Source: Chloroflexota bacterium
GTDB taxonomy: Bacteria > Chloroflexota > JAJPGV01
NCBI GenBank assembly: GCA_021325635.1
Contig: JAJPGV010000018.1
Coordinates: 94,412 to 158,411, forward strand
Reading direction: 5' to 3'
Length of the DNA stretch: 64,000 nucleotides
In this document: piece after piece, positions 18,987-27,760 of the stretch
Numbering within the stretch: the first letter of the stretch is position 1
How the letters are laid out: every line of letters starts with the position of its first letter
Notes under the pieces: model-generated
The model's input: only the letters and a program-made list of their open reading frames with translations
What the model was told of the DNA's origin: nothing
Database searches by the model: none
Translations under genes and position numbers: made by a program

Positions 18987-21900
18987 TCAGGCATGGACCA
19001 GGTCGGGATGGCGCCGGAAGACGCTGTCGAGCCACAGGGTCGTGAGCTTTTCGGCCAGGCTGTTCTGGCGCAGCCGGTCGTTCAGGTTCTTCCAGTCGAC
19101 CTCATCCATCGGCTGGTCCTGGTTGAAGCAGCTGAAGACGACCATTTCGGCGCCCGTCTCAGGATCGACGTGCTTTTGCAGGCAGTGGCCGCAGACCTCC
19201 TTCATCATGCACTGCATGGGCGAGTTGACCGACGCCAGCGCGAGATGCTGGGGATTCAGCCTGCCGGCGAGGACCTCATGCCGCGATCTGGCAACCGCGG
19301 CCATCATGCCGGCGCTGCCGATGGCGATCAGCCTGTCCACCGAGCTCAGCGGGATGAGCTGCTCCCCCAGCTCTCCGCGATCGTAGGCAGCCATGGCCTG
19401 GACCACGTTGCCCTGGAAGGTCAGATCCTGGGGGCGCCGAGGCTCGATCAGCTCGCCGGCGTCGACGCTCCAGATCACCTGGTCGGCCGACGCTTCGATC
19501 TCGTCCTGGTGGAAGACGTCGTCGCGACTCTTGTAGGCGCCGAAATAGAGCACCCGGTTGCCGTTGGCCCGAATCGCTCCCGCCAGCGAGAACATCACGG
19601 CGTTTCCCAGACCGCCGCCGGCCAGCACCACCTGCTCGCCCTCGGGGATGTGCGTTGGCGCGCCGGTGGGGCCCATGAGCACGATCGGCTCGCCTTCGCG
19701 CAGGGTGGCGCACAGCCGTGAGCTGGCGCCGACTTCCAGCGCGATCAAGCCCACGATGCCGGCCCTCTTGTCGACCCACGCGCCCGTAAGCGCGATGCCC
19801 TCGGTCTGCAGCCGCCGCCCGTCCACGACCGGTGCCGTCGTCTCATAGTTCTGCAGCCTGTAGAACTGGCCAGGCTGGAAGTTGGCTGCCTGGTAAGGGG
19901 CATGGATGGCGATTTCCACGATGTTCCGGGTCAGACGTATGACGCTGTCCACGCGCGCGACCAGGATCTTGTCCAGGTCGCCCGTGAAGCTCTGCCAGGC
20001 GCGCCAGCGGTCGCGGCGTTCCTTTCTCGTTGGCGCATCGGCTCGATGCGGGAACAGATCGGCTACCTGCTTGTAGCCGGTCCTGGCCGAGGCCATGGCC
20101 TTTACCACGCTGCCGGCAAAGGCCGGGTGGTTGTCGCCGTAGAAGGTGACGTAGCGCCCATCCTGCTCGTAGCTGGTGAAGAACCCCGGGTCGTCCCGGG
20201 TTCCGGCGGCCGGCACGAGCCGGCCATTCTCCAGGCGATGTGGCTGGAAGAACTTGCCTCCCGCATCCAGCTCGAAGGTGCCGCCGTGCTCCTTCTCGTA
20301 GACGATGTTGGGGGTGGTTCCGGCGGCGACCAGCAGCGTGCCGGCAGGGAGCGTGACGGTCTCGCCGGATTCCTTCCAGATGCCGGACTCGGACTCCTGC
20401 AGCACGTCGAAGATCACGCTGCCCAGGCGGCCCCAGCGATCCGGCACGGCCTCGTTCGGCTCGACGCACTCGAGGATGCGCACGCCTTCCTCCAGGAAGG
20501 ACTGAATCTCCTCGTGGTTCACCCGATAGGCGGGAGCGTCCTGGATGCGTTTGCGATAGCACAGAGTGGCTCCGCCCCAGGACTGCAGCAGCGGCAGGAA
20601 GTTCGGCTTCTCGCCGGCCAGGCGTGCGCGCTCCCGCTCGGCGCGGATGGCGCGGCCGTGCTCCAGCTGCTCGGCCAGGATGGCCCGATCCTCCTCGCTC
20701 AGTGTTGCCAGCAGCTTCTCCTCCCCCATTTCGGCCGCGAGCTGCTCGTACAGCGACAGGGTCTTCTCGACCTGCACCGGGTAGTAGGCCAGAGCCTCGG
20801 TGCAGGCGTCCACCGCGGTCAACCCGCCGCCCACGACGACCACCGGCATGCGCAGGGTGAGGTTGGCGATGGAGGCCTTCTTGAACGCTCCGGACAGCTG
20901 CAGGCCCATGAGGAAGTCGCTTGCTCCGCCGATGCCGGGCAGAAGGTTGTTCTTGATGCTCAGCACGGTCGGCCGGCCGGCGCCGGCGGCGATGGCCACG
21001 TGCTGGAAGCCGGCCTTCCAGGCGTCGTCCAGGGTCATCGTCCCGCCGAACCGGATGCCGCCATACGCGCGGAAGGTCTTGCGCCGCATGAGCGTGAGGT
21101 AGATCAGCTTCAGGAAGTTCTTGTCCCAGCGGACGGTGATGCCGTATTCGGCGACGCCCCCGAAGCCACCCGATATGCGCTCGCCCAGGTCCTCCTGCAG
21201 CTCCGAGAAGTGCTTCACCGGTCTGGGTGGCAGATCCTTGTCCCACAGCAGGTCCTTGGGCAGGGGCTCGATCTTGAGGCCATCGACGCCGACGACGCCG
21301 AAGCCCTCATTGAGCAGCCATTGCGAGAGGGTGTACCCGGCCGGTCCGAGCCCATCGACGAGCACGTTGACGCCGTTGTACGGCAGCGTCTGCGGCCGCT
21401 CGACGTTCAGCGGGTTCCAGCGGGTGAGGAGGCCGTAGACCTCCACCCCCCACGGCAGCTGCAGCACCTCCCACAGGGTATTGGTCTCGATCTGCGGAAT
21501 GTTGACCGGCTCCTGCTTCTGGTAGATGCAGCTCTTCATGCAGTCGTTGCAGATGCGGTGGCCGGTGCCCGGGCACATGGGGTTGTCGAGCATCACCAGC
21601 GCCAGCGCGCCAACCGCATCGCCTTCGCGCCGCAGTGTGTGCGCCTCGCCGATCCGCTCGGCCAGCGGGCAGCCGTTGAGCGGGACCCCGAGCTCGTTGC
21701 GGCCAAACTGTCCGTCGCTTCGCGGCAGCGGGTAGCCGCGGGCGCAGGAGTCCTTCTCGCGCTCCTGGCACAGCACGCAGTAGTGGACGTGATCCAGGAC
21801 GCGGCGGGTGCTCCAGCGCCGGTCGGTCAGCGCGAAGCCGTCGCGCCGCCGCATCCTCCAGGCCGGCCCTTCCAGCACCGGCGGAGACAGACGATCGTTG

Positions 21901-22859
21901 CGCAGCAGCTCCACCAGGCCGGTCGGCTCCGGTCTCTCCTCCGGGGCATGGAGGCTGATCCAGTCGGCGAACAGTCCGTGCTCCCGAGCCAGCGCCGCGG
22001 CGGTGGCCACCCAGCATTCGTACAGCTCCAGCTGCTCGCTCAGCGCCGGTGGCACGCTTCCTTTGGGATAACGGGCCTCCTCCTGGAGCAGCGCGTCAAC
22101 GGTCGTTGCCAGGGCAAGCTCGGGGTCGATGGCTTCTTCCAGGATCCACTGCAAGCGCGCGTCGGGCGCGGGGGCTTCGTCCGGCGTGGCGTCCCGGTGC
22201 TTCTTGAGCGCGCGCCGCATGACGAACTCGCGCTTGAAGCGGTGCACGATCTCCGCCTCCTGAGCGCTGCGGGCAAACTCACGATTCCCCGGCTCCAGAC
22301 GGAACAGGTCGGCGATGAACGACGACAGCTGGCCGGCCATGCTCTTCAGCAGGTCGGAGCGCTCCGCCGCCTCAACAGCTTGGCCGGATTGGTAGGTTTC
22401 GAACCGGCTCCACAGCTCCGGATCCCGTGCTGCCACGCGCTGATGAAACATCCTGGTCAGTGTTGCCAACCGTTCGGGACGGTACAGATCGGCATACTCG
22501 AACCCTTCCAGCCCGAGCTGAAGCTCGCTGGGCGGCGCGACGAGCGCCTGTGGCGCTGCCATGTGCATTCCCGCCCGATTGGTCTTGAAAACGGTCGCCA
22601 TTCCATTCCCCTTTTTGTAAAAAGCTGCACGCATGGCATTGAGATGGATCCACCGCCGCATCCTGGGAGGCACGTTTGCTTCCTCGAAGATGGCCCCGGC
22701 TGGACACTCGAAGAGACAGACCGCGCAATCGATGCATTCTTCGGGCTCGACGTAGCGCAGGCCCGAGATGTCCGGGCCGTAGATGCATTCCGTCGCGCAG
22801 GCTCGGACGCAGGCCGGGTCTTTCTCCCGTCGGCACCGCCCCGTAATGACGTACGGCAT
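18987..22859 (-). CDS. Ferredoxin fused to a GltD-like FAD/Fe-S oxidoreductase and a C-terminal PyrK/NfnA-like module
   Basis: MPYVITGRC...CIDCAVCLFECP ferredoxin; CVLC...GCPL...ICNDCMKSC; GLGPAGY; GGGLTAVD; PGQFYRL, GPTG, GGGLG, MQCMMKEVCGHC; possible internal start at 22601. Confidence 0.85.
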   Translation of the reverse strand: MPYVITGRCRREKDPACVRACATECIYGPDISGLRYVEPEECIDCAVCLFECPAGAIFEEANVPPRMRRWIHLNAMRAAFYKKGNGMATVFKTNRAGMHMAAPQALVAPPSELQLGLEGFEYADLYRPERLATLTRMFHQRVAARDPELWSRFETYQSGQAVEAAERSDLLKSMAGQLSSFIADLFRLEPGNREFARSAQEAEIVHRFKREFVMRRALKKHRDATPDEAPAPDARLQWILEEAIDPELALATTVDALLQEEARYPKGSVPPALSEQLELYECWVATAAALAREHGLFADWISLHAPEERPEPTGLVELLRNDRLSPPVLEGPAWRMRRRDGFALTDRRWSTRRVLDHVHYCVLCQEREKDSCARGYPLPRSDGQFGRNELGVPLNGCPLAERIGEAHTLRREGDAVGALALVMLDNPMCPGTGHRICNDCMKSCIYQKQEPVNIPQIETNTLWEVLQLPWGVEVYGLLTRWNPLNVERPQTLPYNGVNVLVDGLGPAGYTLSQWLLNEGFGVVGVDGLKIEPLPKDLLWDKDLPPRPVKHFSELQEDLGERISGGFGGVAEYGITVRWDKNFLKLIYLTLMRRKTFRAYGGIRFGGTMTLDDAWKAGFQHVAIAAGAGRPTVLSIKNNLLPGIGGASDFLMGLQLSGAFKKASIANLTLRMPVVVVGGGLTAVDACTEALAYYPVQVEKTLSLYEQLAAEMGEEKLLATLSEEDRAILAEQLEHGRAIRAERERARLAGEKPNFLPLLQSWGGATLCYRKRIQDAPAYRVNHEEIQSFLEEGVRILECVEPNEAVPDRWGRLGSVIFDVLQESESGIWKESGETVTLPAGTLLVAAGTTPNIVYEKEHGGTFELDAGGKFFQPHRLENGRLVPAAGTRDDPGFFTSYEQDGRYVTFYGDNHPAFAGSVVKAMASARTGYKQVADLFPHRADAPTRKERRDRWRAWQSFTGDLDKILVARVDSVIRLTRNIVEIAIHAPYQAANFQPGQFYRLQNYETTAPVVDGRRLQTEGIALTGAWVDKRAGIVGLIALEVGASSRLCATLREGEPIVLMGPTGAPTHIPEGEQVVLAGGGLGNAVMFSLAGAIRANGNRVLYFGAYKSRDDVFHQDEIEASADQVIWSVDAGELIEPRRPQDLTFQGNVVQAMAAYDRGELGEQLIPLSSVDRLIAIGSAGMMAAVARSRHEVLAGRLNPQHLALASVNSPMQCMMKEVCGHCLQKHVDPETGAEMVVFSCFNQDQPMDEVDWKNLNDRLRQNSLAEKLTTLWLDSVFRRHPDLVHA

Positions 22860-23182
22860 ACCGGTCGAATCCCCTTCTTCGGGCGTCCTGACGCGCCGTC
22901 GAATGCTGTCCGAGCTCTTTGCCCTTCGTACTGCCGGCACGGTAAAGCCGGCATAAAGGAGCTGTAATGCGGCCATGAACGCGGGTTCCATCGCGGTATC
23001 CCAGGCGGCCTGCTGCTCGCGATGGGCTGTAACGCGGCTGAAGGAAGCGCTTGGACGCTTGGGCAGCCGCGTCGCGGCGGGCGCAACTGCTACAGTGTTA
23101 CCCAATGTATCGCTACCGTCGACGTTGATCTGAGCTTCGTCTCCGTCTAGCGCCACGGCTGGCGCACTGGCTGCTGCCGGTC

Positions 23183-24334
23183 GTGGTTCGCGCGCCGCTC
23201 ACATTGCTCGCGGCGCTGCTGTTCGTCAGCTTCGCCGACGAATGGGTCACCTACTGGCCCTTCGGGGCCCTCGAGCCTATCCGAGCCGGCCTCGGGCTGT
23301 CCTACGCCGAGATAGGCGTAGCCGTTGCATCCCTCACTGCCGGAGGCCTGGCCGGCCATTTCTTCCGGGTGGCTGCCGACTTCGTGCAGCTGCGCTGGCT
23401 GGCGAGCCTGGGAGCCGCCGGCGTGGCGATCGGGATGCTGACCTTCGGCCTTGGTCACTCCCTGCCTGTCCTGGCCGTGGGCGGCTTCGTTTGGGGTGGC
23501 GCCGTCGACGCCTTCCTTGTCGGCTGCGAGCTGGCCCTGCTCGACCTATGCCCGGACGAGCTCCCCACCGCCCTCGGCCGAGTGAACGCGTACGGCTCGG
23601 TGGGCGACCTGCTGGCGCCCGTGACCCTGGCCGGCGTGCTGGCATTGGGAGCGTCGTGGAGGGTGCTGTTCGTCGTGGGCGCAGCCTTCATGGTCCTGTA
23701 CGCGGTGGTCCTGGCGAGCCAGGTGTTTCCGGAGCGACACCGGCAACCGCCCGAACCGGCAGCTTCGGCGGTCTGGTCGGTGCTGCGCGATCCACGGGTC
23801 ATCCTGCTGGGTGTCATCGATGGCCTGCACGGATTGCTCGACGAGCCGCTCCTGGGGTACCTCAACGCCTTCCTCGAAGGGGTACGGGCGTGGCCGGCGC
23901 CGGCGGCCACCGCGCTGATATCCGCCATCGTTGCGGCCGGCCTGTGTGGCTACCTGGCCGTGCCGCCGATCAGCCGGCGCATCGAGCAGCGGTTGCTGCT
24001 GCCGCTGTTCGCCGCGCTGGTAGCCGCCTCTGTGGCGACGCTGGTGTTCGTTCCCGTCGGCGCCGTCGAAGTTCTCGGCGCGATCCTGTTCGGTTTCTGC
24101 GGCGCCGTGTTCTACGCCACGTTGGAGGCCACCTACCTTAGCCTCAGGCCCGGCCAGGCGGGTACGACAGGAGCGGTCGTCTCCGCCATCGGCCTGGCGG
24201 GCCTGGGATTTCCCGCTCTGGTTGGCGCGATTTCGGATGCGCGCGGCCTCGGCGCCGGCATGGCCGCCTACGTGGCCGTGCCGGCAGTGGTCGTGGTGCT
24301 CACCATCGTCCAGGCTCGCTGCTCGAAGCGGTAG
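23183..24334 (+). CDS. MFS transporter
   Basis: About 12 hydrophobic segments, 383 aa. Confidence 0.8.
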   Translation: MVRAPLTLLAALLFVSFADEWVTYWPFGALEPIRAGLGLSYAEIGVAVASLTAGGLAGHFFRVAADFVQLRWLASLGAAGVAIGMLTFGLGHSLPVLAVGGFVWGGAVDAFLVGCELALLDLCPDELPTALGRVNAYGSVGDLLAPVTLAGVLALGASWRVLFVVGAAFMVLYAVVLASQVFPERHRQPPEPAASAVWSVLRDPRVILLGVIDGLHGLLDEPLLGYLNAFLEGVRAWPAPAATALISAIVAAGLCGYLAVPPISRRIEQRLLLPLFAALVAASVATLVFVPVGAVEVLGAILFGFCGAVFYATLEATYLSLRPGQAGTTGAVVSAIGLAGLGFPALVGAISDARGLGAGMAAYVAVPAVVVVLTIVQARCSKR

Positions 24335-24350
24335 GGTGGGCGGCTTGGGC

Positions 24351-24965
24351 CTACGGACGGGGCCGTGGGAAGGGCAGCAGCTGAGGCACCTCGCGCCTGT
24401 AGGCTTCGTAGCGCTGGCCGAATGTTTCCAGCAGCAGGCGCTCCTCGGCGTGGATCTTCACCGCGAAATAGACCACGAAGATCGCGAAGGCGACCAGCGT
24501 GAGCGCGGCGCCGCTGGCCAGCGCGGTTCCCAGGAGCATGCCGGTCATCCCGGTGTAGATCGGGTGCCGCGTCACCCGGTAGGGACCCTCGATGTGCAGC
24601 TCATGGCGAGCCTTGATGGCCGGCTGGCTGGTCCACATCGTGCCCAACGTCCATCTGGCCCACATGGTGAAGGCGGTCGATACCAGCAGCAGCCCGAGGC
24701 CGGCGAGCTGCATGTCGAGATTCGCGAAGCTCAGGCTCGTCCACAGGCCATGGGGAACGAAACGCTCCGCTATCCAGACCAGGGCGACGCCGGCCAACCA
24801 GTTGCTCCAGCCGCCGGAGCTGAACCTCGAACCGGCTCGCTCGACCTGTGGGGCGCGCTGGCGGTTGTACAGCGCTCCGACGATCCACACGGCCAGGAAG
24901 AGGCCCCAGCAGCCGTAGATGACGGGGCTGAAGGGACTCGCTGTTGGAAGGATATCGATCTGCAT
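24351..24965 (-). CDS. Isoprenylcysteine carboxyl methyltransferase family membrane protein
   Basis: WARWTLG.MW, GPYRVTRHPIYTG, EERLLLETFG..YEAYRREVP. Confidence 0.9.
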   Translation of the reverse strand: MQIDILPTASPFSPVIYGCWGLFLAVWIVGALYNRQRAPQVERAGSRFSSGGWSNWLAGVALVWIAERFVPHGLWTSLSFANLDMQLAGLGLLLVSTAFTMWARWTLGTMWTSQPAIKARHELHIEGPYRVTRHPIYTGMTGMLLGTALASGAALTLVAFAIFVVYFAVKIHAEERLLLETFGQRYEAYRREVPQLLPFPRPRP

Positions 24966-24997
24966 GTATCTAGATTAGACTAATCTAGATTAGATAC
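24966..24997. promoter_or_regulatory. PadR-type operator between divergent genes
   Basis: Perfect 11-1-11 palindrome ATCTAGATTAG-A-CTAATCTAGAT (24968-24990); ATCTAGATTAGA repeated at 15-bp spacing. Confidence 0.75.
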
Positions 24998-25017
24998 AAC
25001 GTACCGAGCGGAGATAC

Positions 25018-25539
25018 GTGTTGTCGTACCTCGATCTTGTCGTGCTGCGGGTGCTCGCCAAGGAGCCTGCCCATGGGTACGCTATTCGACAGCGGGTGGA
25101 GGAGATCATGGGCGGCACGGTCTCGCTGAATCCGAACGTCCTGTACCCCACGCTGCGGCGGTTCGAGGAAGCCGGCGCCGTCGAGAAGAGCGTGGAGATG
25201 CAGCAGGGCCGGCCGCCGCGTCATGTATACCGGCTGCTGCCTCGGGGTGAAGAGCTGTTCACGGACCTCTTGCGCGACTTTGGCCCCGACGAGGCGCGCA
25301 ATGCAGCGGAGTTCCAGACCCGCGTAGCCTTCTTTGACCTCCTGGAGACTCACGAACGCGATCGGATTCTGGATGCCCGCGACGCCGCGCTCAGCGAGCA
25401 GCTGTGGCACGTTCAAAGTCAACAGGAGCGCGCCAGGAATCATTGGTCCAAGCTGGTTACCCGGCATCTCATCCATCGGCTGGAGCTCGAACGCGCCTGG
25501 GTCCGGGAGCTGCGGCAGCTGGCTGGGCAGTCCGCCTGA
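25018..25539 (+). CDS. PadR-family transcriptional regulator
   Basis: PAHGYAI, LYPTLRRFE, GRPPRHVY. Confidence 0.92.
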   Translation: MLSYLDLVVLRVLAKEPAHGYAIRQRVEEIMGGTVSLNPNVLYPTLRRFEEAGAVEKSVEMQQGRPPRHVYRLLPRGEELFTDLLRDFGPDEARNAAEFQTRVAFFDLLETHERDRILDARDAALSEQLWHVQSQQERARNHWSKLVTRHLIHRLELERAWVRELRQLAGQSA

Positions 25540-25567
25540 TCGCCGACATTCGCAGCAATCGGGAACG

Positions 25568-26071
25568 TCAGCTCTCGAGCTCGACGAAGCCCACGTCCAG
25601 CACGATTGACCCGCTGAGCCCGTCAGGCGCAGCGAAGTGGACCTCCATCCGGCTGCCCGTCGGCAGATCTTCCGTGATGGCCAGCGTGATATGCGCATCG
25701 CCGCCGGCTCGGATTGGGAAATAGCGCATCGGCTGTGTATCGCGCATGATGCTCAAGTAGATCATCGCCTCGCTCAGGTTGCCGGCCCGCAGGTAGAGCA
25801 GCCTGGCCTGCTTTCCGCCAGGGACCGTGTAGATCAGGTTAGGATTGAGCAGTCCCGACGTATACCAGCCGGCTCCCACAAATGGGAAAACGCCCTGCAG
25901 GAAGAGAGGCCGCGCCAGGCCGCGTCGCATCAAGGCCTCGATGCGGCTCTCCACGATCAGCGGCTCGCGATCCCAGCCTTCGTGACTCAACACTGCTTCG
26001 TCGTCAAACCAGAGTCGACTCATGCGGTTGACAGTATAGGCACGGATAAGCCGCGCTGCTTTGTGCAACAT
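25568..26071 (-). CDS. Conserved small beta-rich protein associated with nitrate-assimilation clusters
   Basis: FLQGVFPF.G.G, YTVP, YLRAGN, PMRYFPI, DVGFVE; divergent from narK; start uncertain. Confidence 0.65.
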   Translation of the reverse strand: MLHKAARLIRAYTVNRMSRLWFDDEAVLSHEGWDREPLIVESRIEALMRRGLARPLFLQGVFPFVGAGWYTSGLLNPNLIYTVPGGKQARLLYLRAGNLSEAMIYLSIMRDTQPMRYFPIRAGGDAHITLAITEDLPTGSRMEVHFAAPDGLSGSIVLDVGFVELES

Positions 26072-26104
26072 GCATAGTCGTAATTAGGCACTTGCGCCCA
26101 GTTT

Positions 26105-26156
26105 GTTTCCATTACGTTTCGACTTATTGACTTTGCCCAATAGGCGTCCGTAGACT
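26105..26156 (+). promoter_or_regulatory. GlnR-box-like direct repeat and narK operon promoter
   Basis: GTTTC-cattac-GTTTC (GAAAC-N6-GAAAC on minus) just upstream of TTGACT-18-TAGACT. Confidence 0.55.
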
Positions 26157-26317
26157 GCGATCAGGCCGCCGGAACCGGTAGCGGGTTCTCGGAGCGGTTT
26201 CGCAGCAATGGGGCTGGCGCGCGAGGGTGCGGTCACTCTTGGGCCGCCGCCCATTCGATGGGGCTGTTTCCCTTGTGGCCGCCTGTCTTCCGCCAGCGGA
26301 TAAGGAGTTGGGACGGC

Positions 26318-27760
26318 ATGCCACGCACATGGATCGAGCACTGGAATCCCGAGGACGAAGGGTTTTGGGAGGCGACGGGCAAAGCGATTGCCCGGCGGAA
26401 CTTGATCTTCTCGATCTTCGCCGAATTCCTGGGCTTCGCCGTTTGGCAGATCTTCAGCGTCGTGGCGGTGAACCTACCGAACGCCGGCTTCACGTTCTCC
26501 GTCCCGCAGCTGTTCCTGCTTGCTTCGCTGCCTGGGCTCGTGGGGGCTACCATGCGCTTCCCCTACACGGTGGCCGTGCCTAAGTTCGGCGGTCGCAACT
26601 GGACTATCGTCAGCGCCCTGCTGCTGCTCGTTCCCACCTCGCTGGTGGGCGTCCTGGTCCAGCACCCCAGCACTCCCTTCTGGGCGTTTGCCATCGCGGC
26701 AGCCAGCGCTGGCTTCGGCGGTGGCAACTTCGCCTCCAGCATGGCCAACATCAGCTTCTTCTATCCCGACAAGCACAAGGGCCTGGCCCTCGGATTGAAC
26801 GCCGGTGGCGGCAACCTGGGCGTCAGCGTGGTGCAGTTCGCGATCCCGTTTGCCATCACCGTGAGCCTGTTTGGGCCCTTGGCCGGCGCCCCCGAGACGC
26901 TGATCAAGAACGGCGCTGCCGCCGGCCAGTTGTGGCTGCAGAACGCCGGCTTCTTCTGGATCCCGCTCATTCTGCTCGCCGTCATCTGCGCCTGGCTGTT
27001 CATGGATAACCTGTCGGTCAGCCGAGCCAGACTGGCCGACCAAGCCACCATCCTCAAGAGCAGGCACACCTACCTGCTGTCGTGGCTGTACATCGGCACC
27101 TTCGGCTCGTTCATCGGTTACAGCGGCGCCTTTCCGCTGCTCATCAAGACGCAGTTCCCCGGCGTCAACCCGCTGCAGCTTGCCTTCCTGGGGCCTCTGG
27201 TTGGCTCGCTCATACGACCCGTGGGCGGCTGGCTGTCGGATCGCCTGGGTGGCACGTACGTCACGCTGTGGAACTACGGCATCATGATCGTGGCTGTCGC
27301 CGGCGTCATCGCTTCGCTGAGCGTCCACAACTTCGGCAGCTTCTTCGCCTGCTTCATGCTGCTGTTCGCCACAGCCGGGCTGGGCAACGGCTCGACCTTC
27401 CGCATGATCCCATCGATCTTCCGGAGCATGCATCTCGCGCGGGCGGAGCGCACCGGACAGGACCGAGCCCTCGCGCTCAAGGAAGCGGGCAAAGAGACAG
27501 CTGCGTCACTGGGTTTCGCGGGCGCCGTCGGCGCTTACGGCGGGTTCCTCGTGCCAAACAGCTACAGCACCTCGATCGCGGCCACCGGCGGCGTCCAGGC
27601 AGCCCTGTGGGGCTTCATCGGCTTCTACGTCACCTGCATCTTCATCACCTGGGCGGTGTACCTCAGGCCGGAGATGGGGCGGCGCCGAACGGCGGCGGCT
27701 CAACCTGGGGTCATGGCAGCTGGCGACATGGCTGTCCCGGAAGCGGAGGCCGTAGCCTAG
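26318..27760 (+). CDS. narK: Nitrate/nitrite MFS transporter
   Basis: WNPEDEGFW...ARRNL, GFGGGNFASSMANISFF, YIGTFGSFIG, GLGNGSTFRMI; RBS AAGGAG. Confidence 0.95.
   Translation: MPRTWIEHWNPEDEGFWEATGKAIARRNLIFSIFAEFLGFAVWQIFSVVAVNLPNAGFTFSVPQLFLLASLPGLVGATMRFPYTVAVPKFGGRNWTIVSALLLLVPTSLVGVLVQHPSTPFWAFAIAAASAGFGGGNFASSMANISFFYPDKHKGLALGLNAGGGNLGVSVVQFAIPFAITVSLFGPLAGAPETLIKNGAAAGQLWLQNAGFFWIPLILLAVICAWLFMDNLSVSRARLADQATILKSRHTYLLSWLYIGTFGSFIGYSGAFPLLIKTQFPGVNPLQLAFLGPLVGSLIRPVGGWLSDRLGGTYVTLWNYGIMIVAVAGVIASLSVHNFGSFFACFMLLFATAGLGNGSTFRMIPSIFRSMHLARAERTGQDRALALKEAGKETAASLGFAGAVGAYGGFLVPNSYSTSIAATGGVQAALWGFIGFYVTCIFITWAVYLRPEMGRRRTAAAQPGVMAAGDMAVPEAEAVA

Noticed and set aside
22880..22930. c-di-GMP-I riboswitch-like GGGCAAA...GACG on the minus strand
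   Set aside because: Lacks the GNRA loop and the GACGCAAA junction; pairing is poor.
19902..22967. 1021-aa plus-strand ORF
   Set aside because: Antisense shadow of the oxidoreductase; no motifs; expected in high-GC coding DNA.
22860..23156. 99-aa N-terminal extension of the 1389-aa ORF
   Set aside because: No recognisable sequence; the ferredoxin begins at ATG 22859 with its own purine-rich RBS.
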